A stretch of 64,000 bases of DNA from Gemmatimonas sp. UBA7669 (GCF_002483225.1 NZ_DLHL01000001.1:63325-127324); one strand, 5' to 3'. Positions 48,200 to 58,150 are shown, counted from the stretch's first letter. The notes: generated by a model not told the origin, from the sequence alone. Numbers and translations are program-made.

Positions 48200-48973
48200 T
48201 CAGGCCACGTGCTGCGCTTGCGCGACCGCGCGGGCCAGTCCGTCGGCCGTGATGCCACCGTGTGAAGCGTGCCACAGTACCTGTCCCCGCTGCACGACAA
48301 TGGCCTGCGGTGACTCGTGGCGAACGCGCAGCCGATCTTCGAGCGCGTCGGAGAGCGCGCGTTCGTGTTGCACCACCACCAGACGCGTGGGCACCTGCGG
48401 ATGCGCCTGCACAAAGGCGTCGTAGCGGCGCTTGACCGACTGCGAGACCCCACAGGTTGCCGAGTGCTTGAAGATCACCAGCGGCTGCTCGGCGGACACC
48501 AGCGCGTCGAGCTCGGGATCGTAACTGGCGTTGGAGGTTGCCGGCGCCGCGGCCACCGTGCGGGCAGCGTGCGCGGCAGGGTGCGCGGCAGCGTGAGCGG
48601 CAGCATGCGCTGTTCCGTCCCGCGTCCCGTCCAGTTCACCGCGCAGCACCGCGTCGAGCTGCGCAGCGTAGGTGCCGTAGGCCTGCGCGCCTGACTGCCG
48701 GGCCACCAGCACGCCGCGGTGAAATACGAGCACGGTGGGCAGCGCCCGCACGTCGTAACGCGTGACCGTCTCGAGATTCTGGTCCGCATCGAGGGTCAAC
48801 ACCCGCGCGCGCCCATGGTAGGTTTCAGCCAGACGCGCGAGCACCGGCTTCAGGGTGACGCAGGGGGCACACCAGGCGGCCCAGACATCCACGAGTACGG
48901 GCAGCGGCGACTCCAGCACGTCGGTGCTGAACCCGGCGTCCGTGACCTCGGCAAGGAACTCGACATCGCTCAT
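48200..48973 (-). CDS. Thioredoxin - BrxC(YtxJ/DUF2847) fusion protein
   Basis: N-terminal VWAAWCAPC...VRALPT thioredoxin; HAAAHAAAHPAAH linker; C-terminal VIFKHSATCGVS...VRHESPQAI...WHASH. Confidence 0.85.
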   Translation of the reverse strand: MSDVEFLAEVTDAGFSTDVLESPLPVLVDVWAAWCAPCVTLKPVLARLAETYHGRARVLTLDADQNLETVTRYDVRALPTVLVFHRGVLVARQSGAQAYGTYAAQLDAVLRGELDGTRDGTAHAAAHAAAHPAAHAARTVAAAPATSNASYDPELDALVSAEQPLVIFKHSATCGVSQSVKRRYDAFVQAHPQVPTRLVVVQHERALSDALEDRLRVRHESPQAIVVQRGQVLWHASHGGITADGLARAVAQAQHVA

Positions 48974-49010
48974 GACTGAGAAGATAACTGATCGGGCCAC
49001 CCTGGAAGCC

Positions 49011-49889
49011 ATGGCGGCCCAACTCGAGGCCTCCAAGGACTACCGGGTGCTGCGGCGCTTCGTGCCCCGGCCGGCCTACGAGCAGCCGACGCCGGCCAAG
49101 GTGCACCGAGGTCTCATTGTCGATGTCGAAAGCACCGGGCTTGATACGGCCAACGACGCCATCATCGAACTGGGTCTGGTGGCCTTCGAGTTCGACACGC
49201 AGGGCCGCGTGTACGGCGTGGACGAGGCGCGCAGTTGGTTCGAGGACCCGGGGCGCCCCATTCCGGCTGAATGCGTGGAACTCACGGGCATCACCGACGA
49301 GATGGTGCGTGGACAGCGCATTGACGACGCGGCCGTGGAACGCGAGATCGCACGCGCAGTGCTGGTCATTGCGCACAATGCCGGCTTTGATCGGCGCATG
49401 CTGGAGCGTCGCTTCCCCGGCTTTGCCGACAAGCACTGGGGCTGCAGCATGCAGGAGGTCCCCTGGCCGCGCTTCGGTTGCCGGGGGTTAAAGCTGGAGT
49501 ATCTGCTCTTCCGCGCCTGCGGGGAGTTTCACACCGGGCATCGCGCCGGCGACGACTGTCTCGCCACCCTGCACGTGCTGGCCATGCCGCGTGACGGCGA
49601 CGTGTCGCCCTTGCAGTTGCTGCTGGAACAGGCGCGGCGTGTGACGCATCGGCTCTGGGCGATTGGCACACCCATCGAACTCAAGGACGTGCTCAAGAGT
49701 CGGGGCTATCGCTGGTATCCAGGTGGCTCGCGCACGCCCAAGAGCTGGTACCGCGATTGCAGCGCGCAGGAACTGGAGGTCGAGCAGTCCTGGCTCCGGG
49801 AACACGCCTACGACGGACGACCCAATCCGCCGTGGCGTGTCGATCGCTACACGGGGAAGGAGCGTTACAGCGAGCGCATGGGCGGCTGA
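49011..49889 (+). CDS. DEDDh 3'-5' exonuclease (DNA Pol III epsilon-like)
   Basis: VDVESTGLD, IAHNAGFDR and HRAGDDC; alternative in-frame ATG at 48972. Confidence 0.9.
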   Translation: MAAQLEASKDYRVLRRFVPRPAYEQPTPAKVHRGLIVDVESTGLDTANDAIIELGLVAFEFDTQGRVYGVDEARSWFEDPGRPIPAECVELTGITDEMVRGQRIDDAAVEREIARAVLVIAHNAGFDRRMLERRFPGFADKHWGCSMQEVPWPRFGCRGLKLEYLLFRACGEFHTGHRAGDDCLATLHVLAMPRDGDVSPLQLLLEQARRVTHRLWAIGTPIELKDVLKSRGYRWYPGGSRTPKSWYRDCSAQELEVEQSWLREHAYDGRPNPPWRVDRYTGKERYSERMGG

Positions 49890-50623
49890 CGCCGGCGACG
49901 CGCGCCCATGATCATGAGGCCGAGCATGGCGGCACTCAGCGACCAGAGACCGGCCGGCTCGGACACGTAGACGGGGACAGTTGGGGTGCCGTCGATGGTC
50001 GCAATCTGCTCGGCGGTGAGCGCATCGTCGTAGAGTCCGATGTATGACACGACACCGTCACTGGCTTCGGCCTGCGTGCGATTGTCGTCCATGAAAAAGC
50101 GCAGGGGATCGATGGCCGACTGCACGCCAATGCCCGCAGCATCGAGCACCGCGAATTGCTGCACGCCGTTGACGTAGGCGCGCAGCATGCCATCAGCGGA
50201 GCGCGTGAGAACCGTTACCGCGAACTGCCCGTCGACGTACACCGGGGTGGTATTGCGGGCCACGTCGTACCACCGTGCGGCACCGTGATGTGAGTAGTAG
50301 CCATCATCGATTCGCCCGCCGTCGAGATCGAGGATCTTGTTGTAGTTGCGGTTGTCGTTGAACGACGAGCGCAGGACCACGGACCACGACGCCCCGAGAT
50401 TAACGTTCAGGGACAGGCCCTGATTGTGCTGGAAGCGATAGCCGTCCTGGGCGATCTGACCGCCGTGGGACACGAGGGCAGTGCCGCCGTGGAGATCCTG
50501 CAGTGAGTGGGTGAGGGCGTATTCGTGCGTTTGCGCGTGGGCAATGGACGCAGGCGCCAGCGCCAGAAGCGCGTGCAGGCAGAGGTGGCGCGTCTTCGCG
50601 CCGACGATACGATGAAACAACAT
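49865..50623 (-). CDS. LamG/ConA-like secreted protein with variant PEP-CTERM tail (VSEP)
   Basis: Signal peptide; LTRSADGMLRAYVNG...IGLYDDALTAEQI; tail VSEPAGLWSLSAAMLGLMIMGARRRR. Confidence 0.7.
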   Translation of the reverse strand: MLFHRIVGAKTRHLCLHALLALAPASIAHAQTHEYALTHSLQDLHGGTALVSHGGQIAQDGYRFQHNQGLSLNVNLGASWSVVLRSSFNDNRNYNKILDLDGGRIDDGYYSHHGAARWYDVARNTTPVYVDGQFAVTVLTRSADGMLRAYVNGVQQFAVLDAAGIGVQSAIDPLRFFMDDNRTQAEASDGVVSYIGLYDDALTAEQIATIDGTPTVPVYVSEPAGLWSLSAAMLGLMIMGARRRRQPPMRSL

Positions 50624-50894
50624 CGGGTATCCGGTTCTATGGGAGCAGGCCCCGCGGCAGCCGTTCGAGACGGCGCGCGAGGGTCATCTGTCCGATGACG
50701 AATGCGCTACCCGCTTCGTGGGCCCCGGCGTCACAAACGTATACGTTTTGGTGCCGCGCATTTCGAACCGCTGGTGGAGACGGTACCTCGCGCCTGCGCC
50801 GTCGTCCGCGTGCCCTGCGCCGTTCGTCACAGCCGCTTGGCCGTTCACCACGGCCGACTCGCGCCGCCCCCCGTCTTTGGGCTAAGCTTGCCAC

Positions 50895-51695
50895 ATGACA
50901 CCCTCCATTCGGCGCGTGCTGGTAGCCGACGACGAACCGCTGTCCCGCGAACGGCTGGCGGACCTGCTGCGTGTGCATGCCCCCGATGCCACGGTGCGCG
51001 ATGTGGGCAACGGGCAGGCCGTTCTTGATCTGGTGCCCGGCTGGCAGCCCGACGTGCTGTTGCTCGACATCCAGATGCCCGGTCGCAGCGGCCTGGATGT
51101 GGTGGCCGCGCTGGACCCGGCACAGATGCCGCTCGTGGTGTTTGTCACCGCCCACGACGAACACGCGGTGCACGCCTTCGAGCTGTCGGCGGTGGACTAT
51201 CTGCTCAAACCCTTTGACGACGCCCGGTTTGCGGCCATGTGGCGACGCGTTGAAGAACGGCGCACGGCCGGCCTGGTGGTGGCGCAGGCTCGTCTCCTCG
51301 CAGCATTGGCAGGCGGGCCCGAGGCTTCGGTGCGCAGCGCCACACCGGCGCAGCCACGTTTCATCGACCGCATCGTCATCAAGCAGGACCAGCGCACCCG
51401 CGTGGTGATGCTGCAGGACGTGCAGTGGATGGAGTCCGACGGCAACTACGTGCGCCTTCACGCGGGACGCGACGTGCATCTCGTGCGCGAAACGCTCAGC
51501 AGCCTGGAATCCCGACTCGACCCGCGTCGCTTCCTGCGCATCCATCGGCGCACCATCGTGGACATGCGCGCCATGAAGGAAATGCAGCCGTGGTTTGGCG
51601 GCGACCTCGTGATGATCCTCAAGGACGGCACCAAGCTGCGTGTTGGACGCAGTATGCGAGCGAACGTGACGCGGCGCATCGCCGGCGAGCTGTAG
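50895..51695 (+). CDS. LytTR-family response regulator
   Basis: VADDEP, LLDIQMP, FVTAHDEHA and DYLLKPF; LDPRRFLRIHRRTIV LytTR domain. Confidence 0.95.
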   Translation: MTPSIRRVLVADDEPLSRERLADLLRVHAPDATVRDVGNGQAVLDLVPGWQPDVLLLDIQMPGRSGLDVVAALDPAQMPLVVFVTAHDEHAVHAFELSAVDYLLKPFDDARFAAMWRRVEERRTAGLVVAQARLLAALAGGPEASVRSATPAQPRFIDRIVIKQDQRTRVVMLQDVQWMESDGNYVRLHAGRDVHLVRETLSSLESRLDPRRFLRIHRRTIVDMRAMKEMQPWFGGDLVMILKDGTKLRVGRSMRANVTRRIAGEL

Positions 51696-51732
51696 GGCGC
51701 CGCGTGTCACGCCGCCACATCGCCACCGCCTC

Positions 51733-52836
51733 ATGAGTGAATGGGCGCTGCGGCGCCGCCTGCTGCTGTTCTGGCTCGTTCCGGCGGCCATGGGCACCCT
51801 GGGCTTTCAACTTGTTCCATCGCGGCTCAACCCGGATCTGTCGCTGACGGCGTTGATCGCGGTGCAGTTGGCCATGTGGGGAGCCTGGGCACTCTGGACC
51901 ACGCTCACCTGGGTGCTGGGCGACCAACTGGCGCGGCGCCGCGCCTCCCCATGGGGGCAGGGCGCCGCGTATGTCGCATTCGGCGCCGTGGTCATTCTTT
52001 GTCAGATCCTCATCCAGGCCCGTTTGGGTGTGGCCTTCGGTATTGCGGAGCGACGAGGGATCGAAAGCACGCTGGTCATTGGCCTGCGCCAGTACGGCGA
52101 CTTTTCGGTGGTGGTGTACTCGGCCATCGTGGTGTCGCAGTTGGCGCTGCGCTGGTACACCTCGTGGCAGCAGGAGCGCGTGCAAGCCGCACGGGCGGCT
52201 GAAGCGCTGGCCTCAGCACGATTGCGCGCCCTCCAGGGGCAGTTGCAGCCGCACTTCCTGTTCAACACGCTCAACTCAATTGTCTCACTGATCGGGCGCG
52301 ATCCCGAGCAGGCGCAGAAGCTCGTGGTGCGGGTGGCCGATCTGCTGCGCAGTTCGTTGCGCCTTGGAGATCGCCAGGAAATTCCTCTTGCGCAGGAACT
52401 CGAGCTCACGCGGCAGTACCTCGAGATTGAACGCATTCGTTTCGCCGATCGGCTGACGCTGCAGTGGCCCGACGTGGTACCTGGCGACCTGCTCGTGCCG
52501 GCCTTCGCCGTGCAGGTGCTGGTGGAGAATGCCGTGCGCCACGGCATTGCCCGCAATCCGGCACCGGGTGTCGTCTCGCTGGATGTGCTGGCCGACGCTG
52601 ACAGCCTGGTGCTGCGCGTACACGACACGGGCGCAGCCGATACCGATGCCGATGGCACCGACACGACCGTGGTCGGATCGGGCACCTCGCTGCGCACCTT
52701 GCAGGAGCGCTTGCATCACCTGTATGGCGCGTCGGGGCACGTGACGTTGACGGCGAGGCCTGGTGGTGGCACAACCGCGGAACTGCGTGTGCCGCGGCTC
52801 GAGAGCGGCGGCACAGCCGAATTCAGCGGCGGCTGA
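51733..52836 (+). CDS. LytS/YehU-type sensor histidine kinase
   Basis: LQGQLQPHFLFNTLNSI, YLEIERIRF, LVENAVRHG and GTSLRTLQERL. Confidence 0.93.
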   Translation: MSEWALRRRLLLFWLVPAAMGTLGFQLVPSRLNPDLSLTALIAVQLAMWGAWALWTTLTWVLGDQLARRRASPWGQGAAYVAFGAVVILCQILIQARLGVAFGIAERRGIESTLVIGLRQYGDFSVVVYSAIVVSQLALRWYTSWQQERVQAARAAEALASARLRALQGQLQPHFLFNTLNSIVSLIGRDPEQAQKLVVRVADLLRSSLRLGDRQEIPLAQELELTRQYLEIERIRFADRLTLQWPDVVPGDLLVPAFAVQVLVENAVRHGIARNPAPGVVSLDVLADADSLVLRVHDTGAADTDADGTDTTVVGSGTSLRTLQERLHHLYGASGHVTLTARPGGGTTAELRVPRLESGGTAEFSGG

Positions 52837-54112
52837 ATCCACGCAGTCGCACCACACGCGCAGCACGCAGCGGGCGATTGGCCACGCGGCTGCCATCCGG
52901 TGCGTAATCGTCCCACTGTGTGTTGGCAAACAGCCACAACGCCTCGCCATCCGAAGTCAGCGTGGTCGGCGAAACCAGCATGGTGGTATCACGCCACAGC
53001 GTGACCACATCGCGCACACGGCGCGCGTCATGATCGAGGGCAATCGCCACCACGCGCGGGGTCGTGAGGCCGTTCTGCACCGCGACCAGCTGCCCCTTGT
53101 GCCACGCAAGGCCGTCGAGCCCCAATACACTGCGATCGACGGCATCGTCCACGCGCTGGACGTTGCTGGTGGCAAGATTGATGCGCAGCAGGCCGTGGGA
53201 GTAGTCCGCCACCAGCACCACGTCAGTGTCTGACCCCGCTCGATCTGCTGGCAGCTCCACCATGCCCTGCGGGCTGCGCAACAACGGATGCCGAATGGTC
53301 TCTATCCGTCCTGCGCGCGGATGCAGCACATAGAGCGCGGCCGTCCCGGCATCGCTCACCAGGACGCGTCCGTCGCGCAGCACGAGCAGGTCACCGGGCG
53401 CATGTTCGGCCAATGAATCGGGCAACGCCCATCGCCCCGTGACCGCACCGCGTTTGCTGTCGACCTGCCAGATGGCTGCGGCGGGAACCGAAGCGGCATG
53501 CGCGCGCGCGTGTGGTGGCATGGACGCCGAACTCACCCAGAGACTTTGTCCATCGGGTGCGGCGCGCGCGGCCCACACGGCACTCATGCCGGGCACGGTA
53601 TCGAGGCGGAGATCATGTGACCTGCCCTCTCGTGTCATGCGCCACGCCGTGCCGCGTCGCATCTCGGTGAGCAGCAGCACACCATGACGGGCGTCCCAGG
53701 CGATGCCTTCCATGTAGTCCAGTGAATCGGGCATGCTGAACATCAGCTGCACACTGTCAGGCAGCACGCGAGCACGTCCCACGTCGAGTGCATCAAGGGT
53801 GCGCCGAGCCCGCTGTGCGCTGGCAGTGTCTCCCGTCGCCAGCGCGGCGCGCTCGAGCATCTGCCAATAGGCGGGCTGACTGGGCCAGGCCTGCGTGGCG
53901 CGTTGCATGAGTTGCACCCGCTCGGACCCGCCGCTGCTTCGTGACGCTTCCCGCGCCGCGGCGCGGGCCGCGGCGGCGGAGTCCACGGCGGGATGCGAGG
54001 TTGGCGTGGGGGCCGTCCGAGCGGGCTGCTGTGCGGCAGCAGACCGTGTGCCCAGCGGCCCGACGGCCGCAGCCGTGACGATGACGGCAAGGGTTGCGCT
54101 GCGGCGTCTCAT
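52823..54112 (-). CDS. Secreted SMP-30/NHL-like beta-propeller protein
   Basis: Signal peptide; EGIAWD, PGDLLV, SPQGMV and GLDGLAW blade repeats. Confidence 0.7.
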   Translation of the reverse strand: MRRRSATLAVIVTAAAVGPLGTRSAAAQQPARTAPTPTSHPAVDSAAAARAAAREASRSSGGSERVQLMQRATQAWPSQPAYWQMLERAALATGDTASAQRARRTLDALDVGRARVLPDSVQLMFSMPDSLDYMEGIAWDARHGVLLLTEMRRGTAWRMTREGRSHDLRLDTVPGMSAVWAARAAPDGQSLWVSSASMPPHARAHAASVPAAAIWQVDSKRGAVTGRWALPDSLAEHAPGDLLVLRDGRVLVSDAGTAALYVLHPRAGRIETIRHPLLRSPQGMVELPADRAGSDTDVVLVADYSHGLLRINLATSNVQRVDDAVDRSVLGLDGLAWHKGQLVAVQNGLTTPRVVAIALDHDARRVRDVVTLWRDTTMLVSPTTLTSDGEALWLFANTQWDDYAPDGSRVANRPLRAARVVRLRGFSRR

Positions 54113-54912
54113 GGCACGGGCGTTTCACGTCGACCCGGACGCGCCGGGTTGATCGTCAAACTGGCCATGGCTGCCTGCTGCAGACGTCGCACGTCGGACT
54201 CGGAAATGTTGGTACCCGGAATGCGCAGCGGCAGTTGATCCGGGCGGATGTCGCGCACCCGATGCAGTACCACCAAGGCGGCGAGATAGGTGCCACGTGG
54301 TGAGGGATGCAGCCCGTCCGAGTACAGCGCGTTGTAGTCACCATAGCGCGTCCAGGCATCGCCAGCCGGTGCATACAGGCCATTCACCGCGGCCGCCGCG
54401 TTGGTGTACGACATGGCCACGTTGGGAAAGTCGAACAGGCGATCCTGTTGTGGCCACACACCAAGCAGCACCGGCTCGGCACCACTCGCCCGCACCAGCG
54501 GCGCAAAGCGCTCGGTCCAGTACTTGAGATGTTCCTGGCTGGCCGGCAGGGCCGACGAGCCCTGTTGCATGACCACGTGCTGCCAACGGCGCTCACGCAG
54601 CAATGCCGGCACCTGCCCCTGATGCCAGTGATCCTCGAGCGCGAAGTTGGGATTGGCCACACTGGCCGCCTGCAGCTTCGTGTCGCCGGCCATGCGGGCC
54701 AGCGTGATCACCATACCCGGCAAGTCATTCGTGTAGGTCAGCGAGTTGCCGACGAACAGAATGCTGTGATCGTCCGGCCCAAAGACCGGCATGGTCGGGC
54801 TGCCGTTGGCGCAGGCCGTGCCGGTGAACAGCGTGATGGAGGCGCCAATCGATAGCGCGGTGCGCGCCCGTCTCCAGGCGCGGGTGTTGGTAATCGTGTT
54901 GGTGAACGTCAT
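54109..54912 (-). CDS. SGNH/GDSL hydrolase-like lipoprotein
   Basis: ILFVGNSLTYTN, VVMQQGS and YSDGLHPS; lipobox-like FTGTAC. Confidence 0.85.
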   Translation of the reverse strand: MTFTNTITNTRAWRRARTALSIGASITLFTGTACANGSPTMPVFGPDDHSILFVGNSLTYTNDLPGMVITLARMAGDTKLQAASVANPNFALEDHWHQGQVPALLRERRWQHVVMQQGSSALPASQEHLKYWTERFAPLVRASGAEPVLLGVWPQQDRLFDFPNVAMSYTNAAAAVNGLYAPAGDAWTRYGDYNALYSDGLHPSPRGTYLAALVVLHRVRDIRPDQLPLRIPGTNISESDVRRLQQAAMASLTINPARPGRRETPVP

Positions 54913-55105
54913 GCGTACCACTCCAGCGTGCGAGTCCTGCCCTGGACGGAGAATGCCATGGGCCGGTGTGCAAAGTGGGACGCGTGGCGCTCCGCGTCGT
55001 GGCCCAAGTGGCCAACGGCGCCTCGTGGCTGATGAACACGATGCGGGCAAGGCTCAGCCGCGTGGCTGCGACGGTCTAGTGCCCGTCGGACTCCATCTGG
55101 CTCCG

Positions 55106-55612
55106 TCAGACGCCGCCAAAGGCCGCCGTCCGGGCGTGCTCGTAGATGAGCGAGGTTTCCACGTGCACCACTTCGGGTCGTGCGGCGAATGCGCGAAGGA
55201 TGAGATCACGCAGCGCGTCGCTGTGTGGCACGGCCACATGCACGAGAAAGTCGTTGGCGCCAGCCACATGGAATACGGCCATGGCCTCCGGCAAGTCGAG
55301 CATGGCGCGACGAAATGTCGCCACGGCTGCACTGGTATGCCGCGCCAGTCGCACCGCCACCAGCGCCTGCAGCGCCGCACCGATGGCGCGCGGGTCCACA
55401 TCAGCGTGAAAGCCGCGCAACACCCCGCGCTGCACGAGGCGCTTGACCCGCTCATGACAGCTCGACTCGGCCAGTTTCACCCGCGCAGCCAGTTCCTTGT
55501 TGCTCAGCCGCGCATTCTGCTGCAACGCGGCCACCAGGGCCTGATCGATTCGGTCGAGCTCCTCAACAGGCGCCACTTGCCGAAGGTTCTTCGGTGTTTC
55601 GTCCTTTTTCAT
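55106..55612 (-). CDS. Lrp/AsnC family transcriptional regulator
   Basis: LDRIDQALVAALQQNARLSNKELAARVKLAESSCHERVKRL; VAGANDFLVHV. Confidence 0.95.
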   Translation of the reverse strand: MKKDETPKNLRQVAPVEELDRIDQALVAALQQNARLSNKELAARVKLAESSCHERVKRLVQRGVLRGFHADVDPRAIGAALQALVAVRLARHTSAAVATFRRAMLDLPEAMAVFHVAGANDFLVHVAVPHSDALRDLILRAFAARPEVVHVETSLIYEHARTAAFGGV

Positions 55613-55670
55613 GGAGAACAATCTATGCTGCAATTGCCCACCTGCTTGCTGCCTTCCCCTGGAGGCCACC

Positions 55671-56876
55671 ATGTACCACGTCGATTTTGCCACCCTGGCG
55701 GTTCACGCCGGTCGCCACGACTTCACGCAGCACGGCGTGCACGCCGCGCCAATCGACCTGTCGTCCACCTATCCGGTGCCCGACCCTGAAGCCGGCACCG
55801 CCAGCTACGATGCCATGGCGGCGGGCGGCACGCCCGTGGGCAGCGCCATCTATGCCCGGCTGTACAACCCGACGGTAGCGCGTGTGGAGGAGGCCATTGC
55901 CGAACTGGAGGGCGCGGAGGCCTGCGTGGCCTTTGCGTCGGGCATGGCCGCGACCACGGCCGTGCTGCTGGCCACGGCCATGGACGGCGCACATGTCGTG
56001 GCCGTGCGCCCCATGTATGGCGGGACCGATCATCTGCTCGAGTCGGGCATGCTGCCCATTCAGGTGAGCTTTGTGGCGCCGCATGAGGTGGCGTCGGCCA
56101 TTCGTCCGGACACGGGTCTGGTGTTCATCGAGACGCCAGCCAATCCCACGCTGGCGCTGCTCGATATCGCCGCGATCGTCGAGGCGGCCGGCACGGTCCC
56201 GGTGCTGGTGGACAGCACCTTTGCCACACCGGTGCTGCAGCAGCCACTGCGGCACGGGGCGGCCATGGTACTGCACAGCGCCACCAAGTTCCTCGGCGGA
56301 CATGGCGACGTGGTGGCCGGTGTGCTGTGCACGAGTGAAGCGCGCGCGCGTCGCCTGCGTCAGGTGCGTGTTCTCACCGGCGGCATTCTGCATCCGCTGG
56401 CGGCGTTTCTGCTGCTGCGTGGCTTGCCAACGCTGCCCCTGCGCGTGGAGCAGGCACAGCGCAACGCCATCGCACTGGCCGAACGCATCGCCTCACACGC
56501 CATGGTGTCACGCCTGCATTTCCCCGGCCATGGTGACAGCGACCCCACGGGTCTCATTGGCCGACAGATGCGCGGGCCCGGTTCACTCATGGCATTCGAG
56601 CTGCATGGCGGAACCGACGCGGCCAACGCGTTTTTGCGCGCGCTGCGTCTCATCACGCCGGCCGTGAGTCTCGGCAGCACCGATTCGCTCATTCAGCATC
56701 CGGCCGGACTCACGCACCGGCTCATGGATCCGGCGGTGCGTGAGGCGCAGGGCATTACCGATGGTCTGCTGCGCTTGTCCGTGGGCCTCGAGTCGGTGGA
56801 CGCGCTGTGGCAGGATCTGCTGCAGGGGTTTGCGGCAGCGGAACAGCTGGTGATGACGGCCGCAGGACGCGGCTGA
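55671..56876 (+). CDS. Methionine gamma-lyase / trans-sulfuration PLP enzyme
   Basis: [47 protein letters not shown] and LRLSVGLE; divergent Lrp regulator. Confidence 0.92.
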   Translation: MYHVDFATLAVHAGRHDFTQHGVHAAPIDLSSTYPVPDPEAGTASYDAMAAGGTPVGSAIYARLYNPTVARVEEAIAELEGAEACVAFASGMAATTAVLLATAMDGAHVVAVRPMYGGTDHLLESGMLPIQVSFVAPHEVASAIRPDTGLVFIETPANPTLALLDIAAIVEAAGTVPVLVDSTFATPVLQQPLRHGAAMVLHSATKFLGGHGDVVAGVLCTSEARARRLRQVRVLTGGILHPLAAFLLLRGLPTLPLRVEQAQRNAIALAERIASHAMVSRLHFPGHGDSDPTGLIGRQMRGPGSLMAFELHGGTDAANAFLRALRLITPAVSLGSTDSLIQHPAGLTHRLMDPAVREAQGITDGLLRLSVGLESVDALWQDLLQGFAAAEQLVMTAAGRG

Positions 56877-56931
56877 CGATTGGGCTGACGCGGGAGCTGA
56901 CGCTGGAGCTGACGCGGGAACTGACGCGTCA
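56872..56931. repeat. 12-bp tandem repeat (GCTGACGCGGGA-like x5) filling the whole convergent intergenic gap
   Basis: Copies at 56872, 56884, 56896, 56908 and 56920; includes both stop codons. Confidence 0.85.
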
Positions 56932-57621
56932 GCTCACCTCGGTCAGTGGCCCGTCGTACACCTGCAGCACATAGGTTTGCACGTCACGTGGCCACTTGGC
57001 CATGTGAGCAACGAGTCCTGCGCGATCATCGCGAAAGAGGGCTCGGGTGGCGTCTTCGTAGTGTGTACGGTCGCCCGCCAATGCCGTCATGACCGCATAG
57101 GCGGCGTCGCGACGCGCGCGCGCGGCATCGACATCGGCCTGTGCCTTGCGCGCTGCGTCGACGAGCTTGCGCAGCGCCACCGACGCACCACCGGGCTGTG
57201 ACGCCAGCCACTCCCAATGGCGTGGCAGCAGCGTGACTTCGCGGGCCACCACGCCAAGCCGCGGGCGTCCCGGGCCGCGGTCAGCCCTGGGCACGGCGGC
57301 ACGTGTGGCATCATGTGCGGCATTGTGTGCGGCAACACCTGGGGCGGGCAGACTCGGCGGGAGCAAACCACGCGCACTCAGGTTGGCCAGCATGGCCCGC
57401 GCGGTGCCGCGCATCTCGAGATCCACGACTCGGCCCGTGCGATCATCAAACAGCAGAATGGCATCAGCCGCACGCGCCGATTGGGTTTGCGCGTCCTGCA
57501 CGTGGGTGTAGACCATCTGCGCCACCTCACGCAGCGCCCCCTGCGCCAGGCGGCGACTGCCGCGGAAGGCCGTGTAGCTGGCGACCGACGCACCACCGGC
57601 CGGATCAGCGTGGTCGGGCAT
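56929..57621 (-). CDS. DUF2239 family protein
   Basis: YTAFRGSRRLAQG, LLFDDRTGRVVDLE, GRPRLGVVAREVTLLPRHWEWLASQPGGASVALRKLV and YEDATRALF. Confidence 0.9.
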   Translation of the reverse strand: MPDHADPAGGASVASYTAFRGSRRLAQGALREVAQMVYTHVQDAQTQSARAADAILLFDDRTGRVVDLEMRGTARAMLANLSARGLLPPSLPAPGVAAHNAAHDATRAAVPRADRGPGRPRLGVVAREVTLLPRHWEWLASQPGGASVALRKLVDAARKAQADVDAARARRDAAYAVMTALAGDRTHYEDATRALFRDDRAGLVAHMAKWPRDVQTYVLQVYDGPLTEVS

Positions 57622-57958
57622 AGAGCTGTTCCGGGTTGGCGTGACGTTCGAACCACAGCGCGAGCAGCGTATCGAGATCCGCTCGCGGCTGGTAGTCGGG
57701 CGACTCGTCGGGCCAGGCGAGCTCGTCGAGCACCACAAACTCGAACGCCCCCTCACCGAGTGTGCGCCAGTCGGCCTGCAGCGGTTCGCAGCGATGCGCG
57801 CCGGTCTGCAGTTGCAGTCGTTCGCGATTGAAGATGGCGGGCAGGTTGGACGATGCGCCGAGGTACTGTCGCCCGGTGGCACGACAGCGAATGGCATAGA
57901 TGCCCATGGCAGTGCGCATGGCTTTGTAGGCGCGCTTGAGCGCCTGACGATCCGTCAC
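57605..57958 (-). CDS. GIY-YIG nuclease family protein
   Basis: MGIYAIRC...YLGASSNL...LQADW...FEFVVLDEL. Confidence 0.85.
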   Translation of the reverse strand: MTDRQALKRAYKAMRTAMGIYAIRCRATGRQYLGASSNLPAIFNRERLQLQTGAHRCEPLQADWRTLGEGAFEFVVLDELAWPDESPDYQPRADLDTLLALWFERHANPEQLYARPR

Positions 57959-57986
57959 GGGGTCTCCGGTGTGCGGGAGTGCATAA

Positions 57987-58013
57987 TACCCGGATAATAT
58001 GAATTACCCGGAT
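57987..58013. promoter_or_regulatory. Direct repeat TACCCGGAT x2 (18-bp period) upstream of the GIY-YIG/DUF2239 operon
   Basis: Copies at 57987-57995 and 58005-58013 in an AT-rich patch. Confidence 0.65.
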
Positions 58014-58150
58014 GAAATACAAGACCAGCACGGCGGCGCCGTTCGTCGGCGCATCGTGACCGTTGGGCGGATGCAGCGGGCCGTTCGTCGAACAGTGAAA
58101 CCCGTGTGTGCCCCCCGGCGTCGGGACGCCACCCATTCACCCCGGTGCAT

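Noticed and set aside
50870-50895. Sigma54 promoter before the LytTR regulator (TTGGGCTAAGCTTGC)
   Set aside because: The GG-to-GC spacing is one base off the strict -24/-12 requirement.
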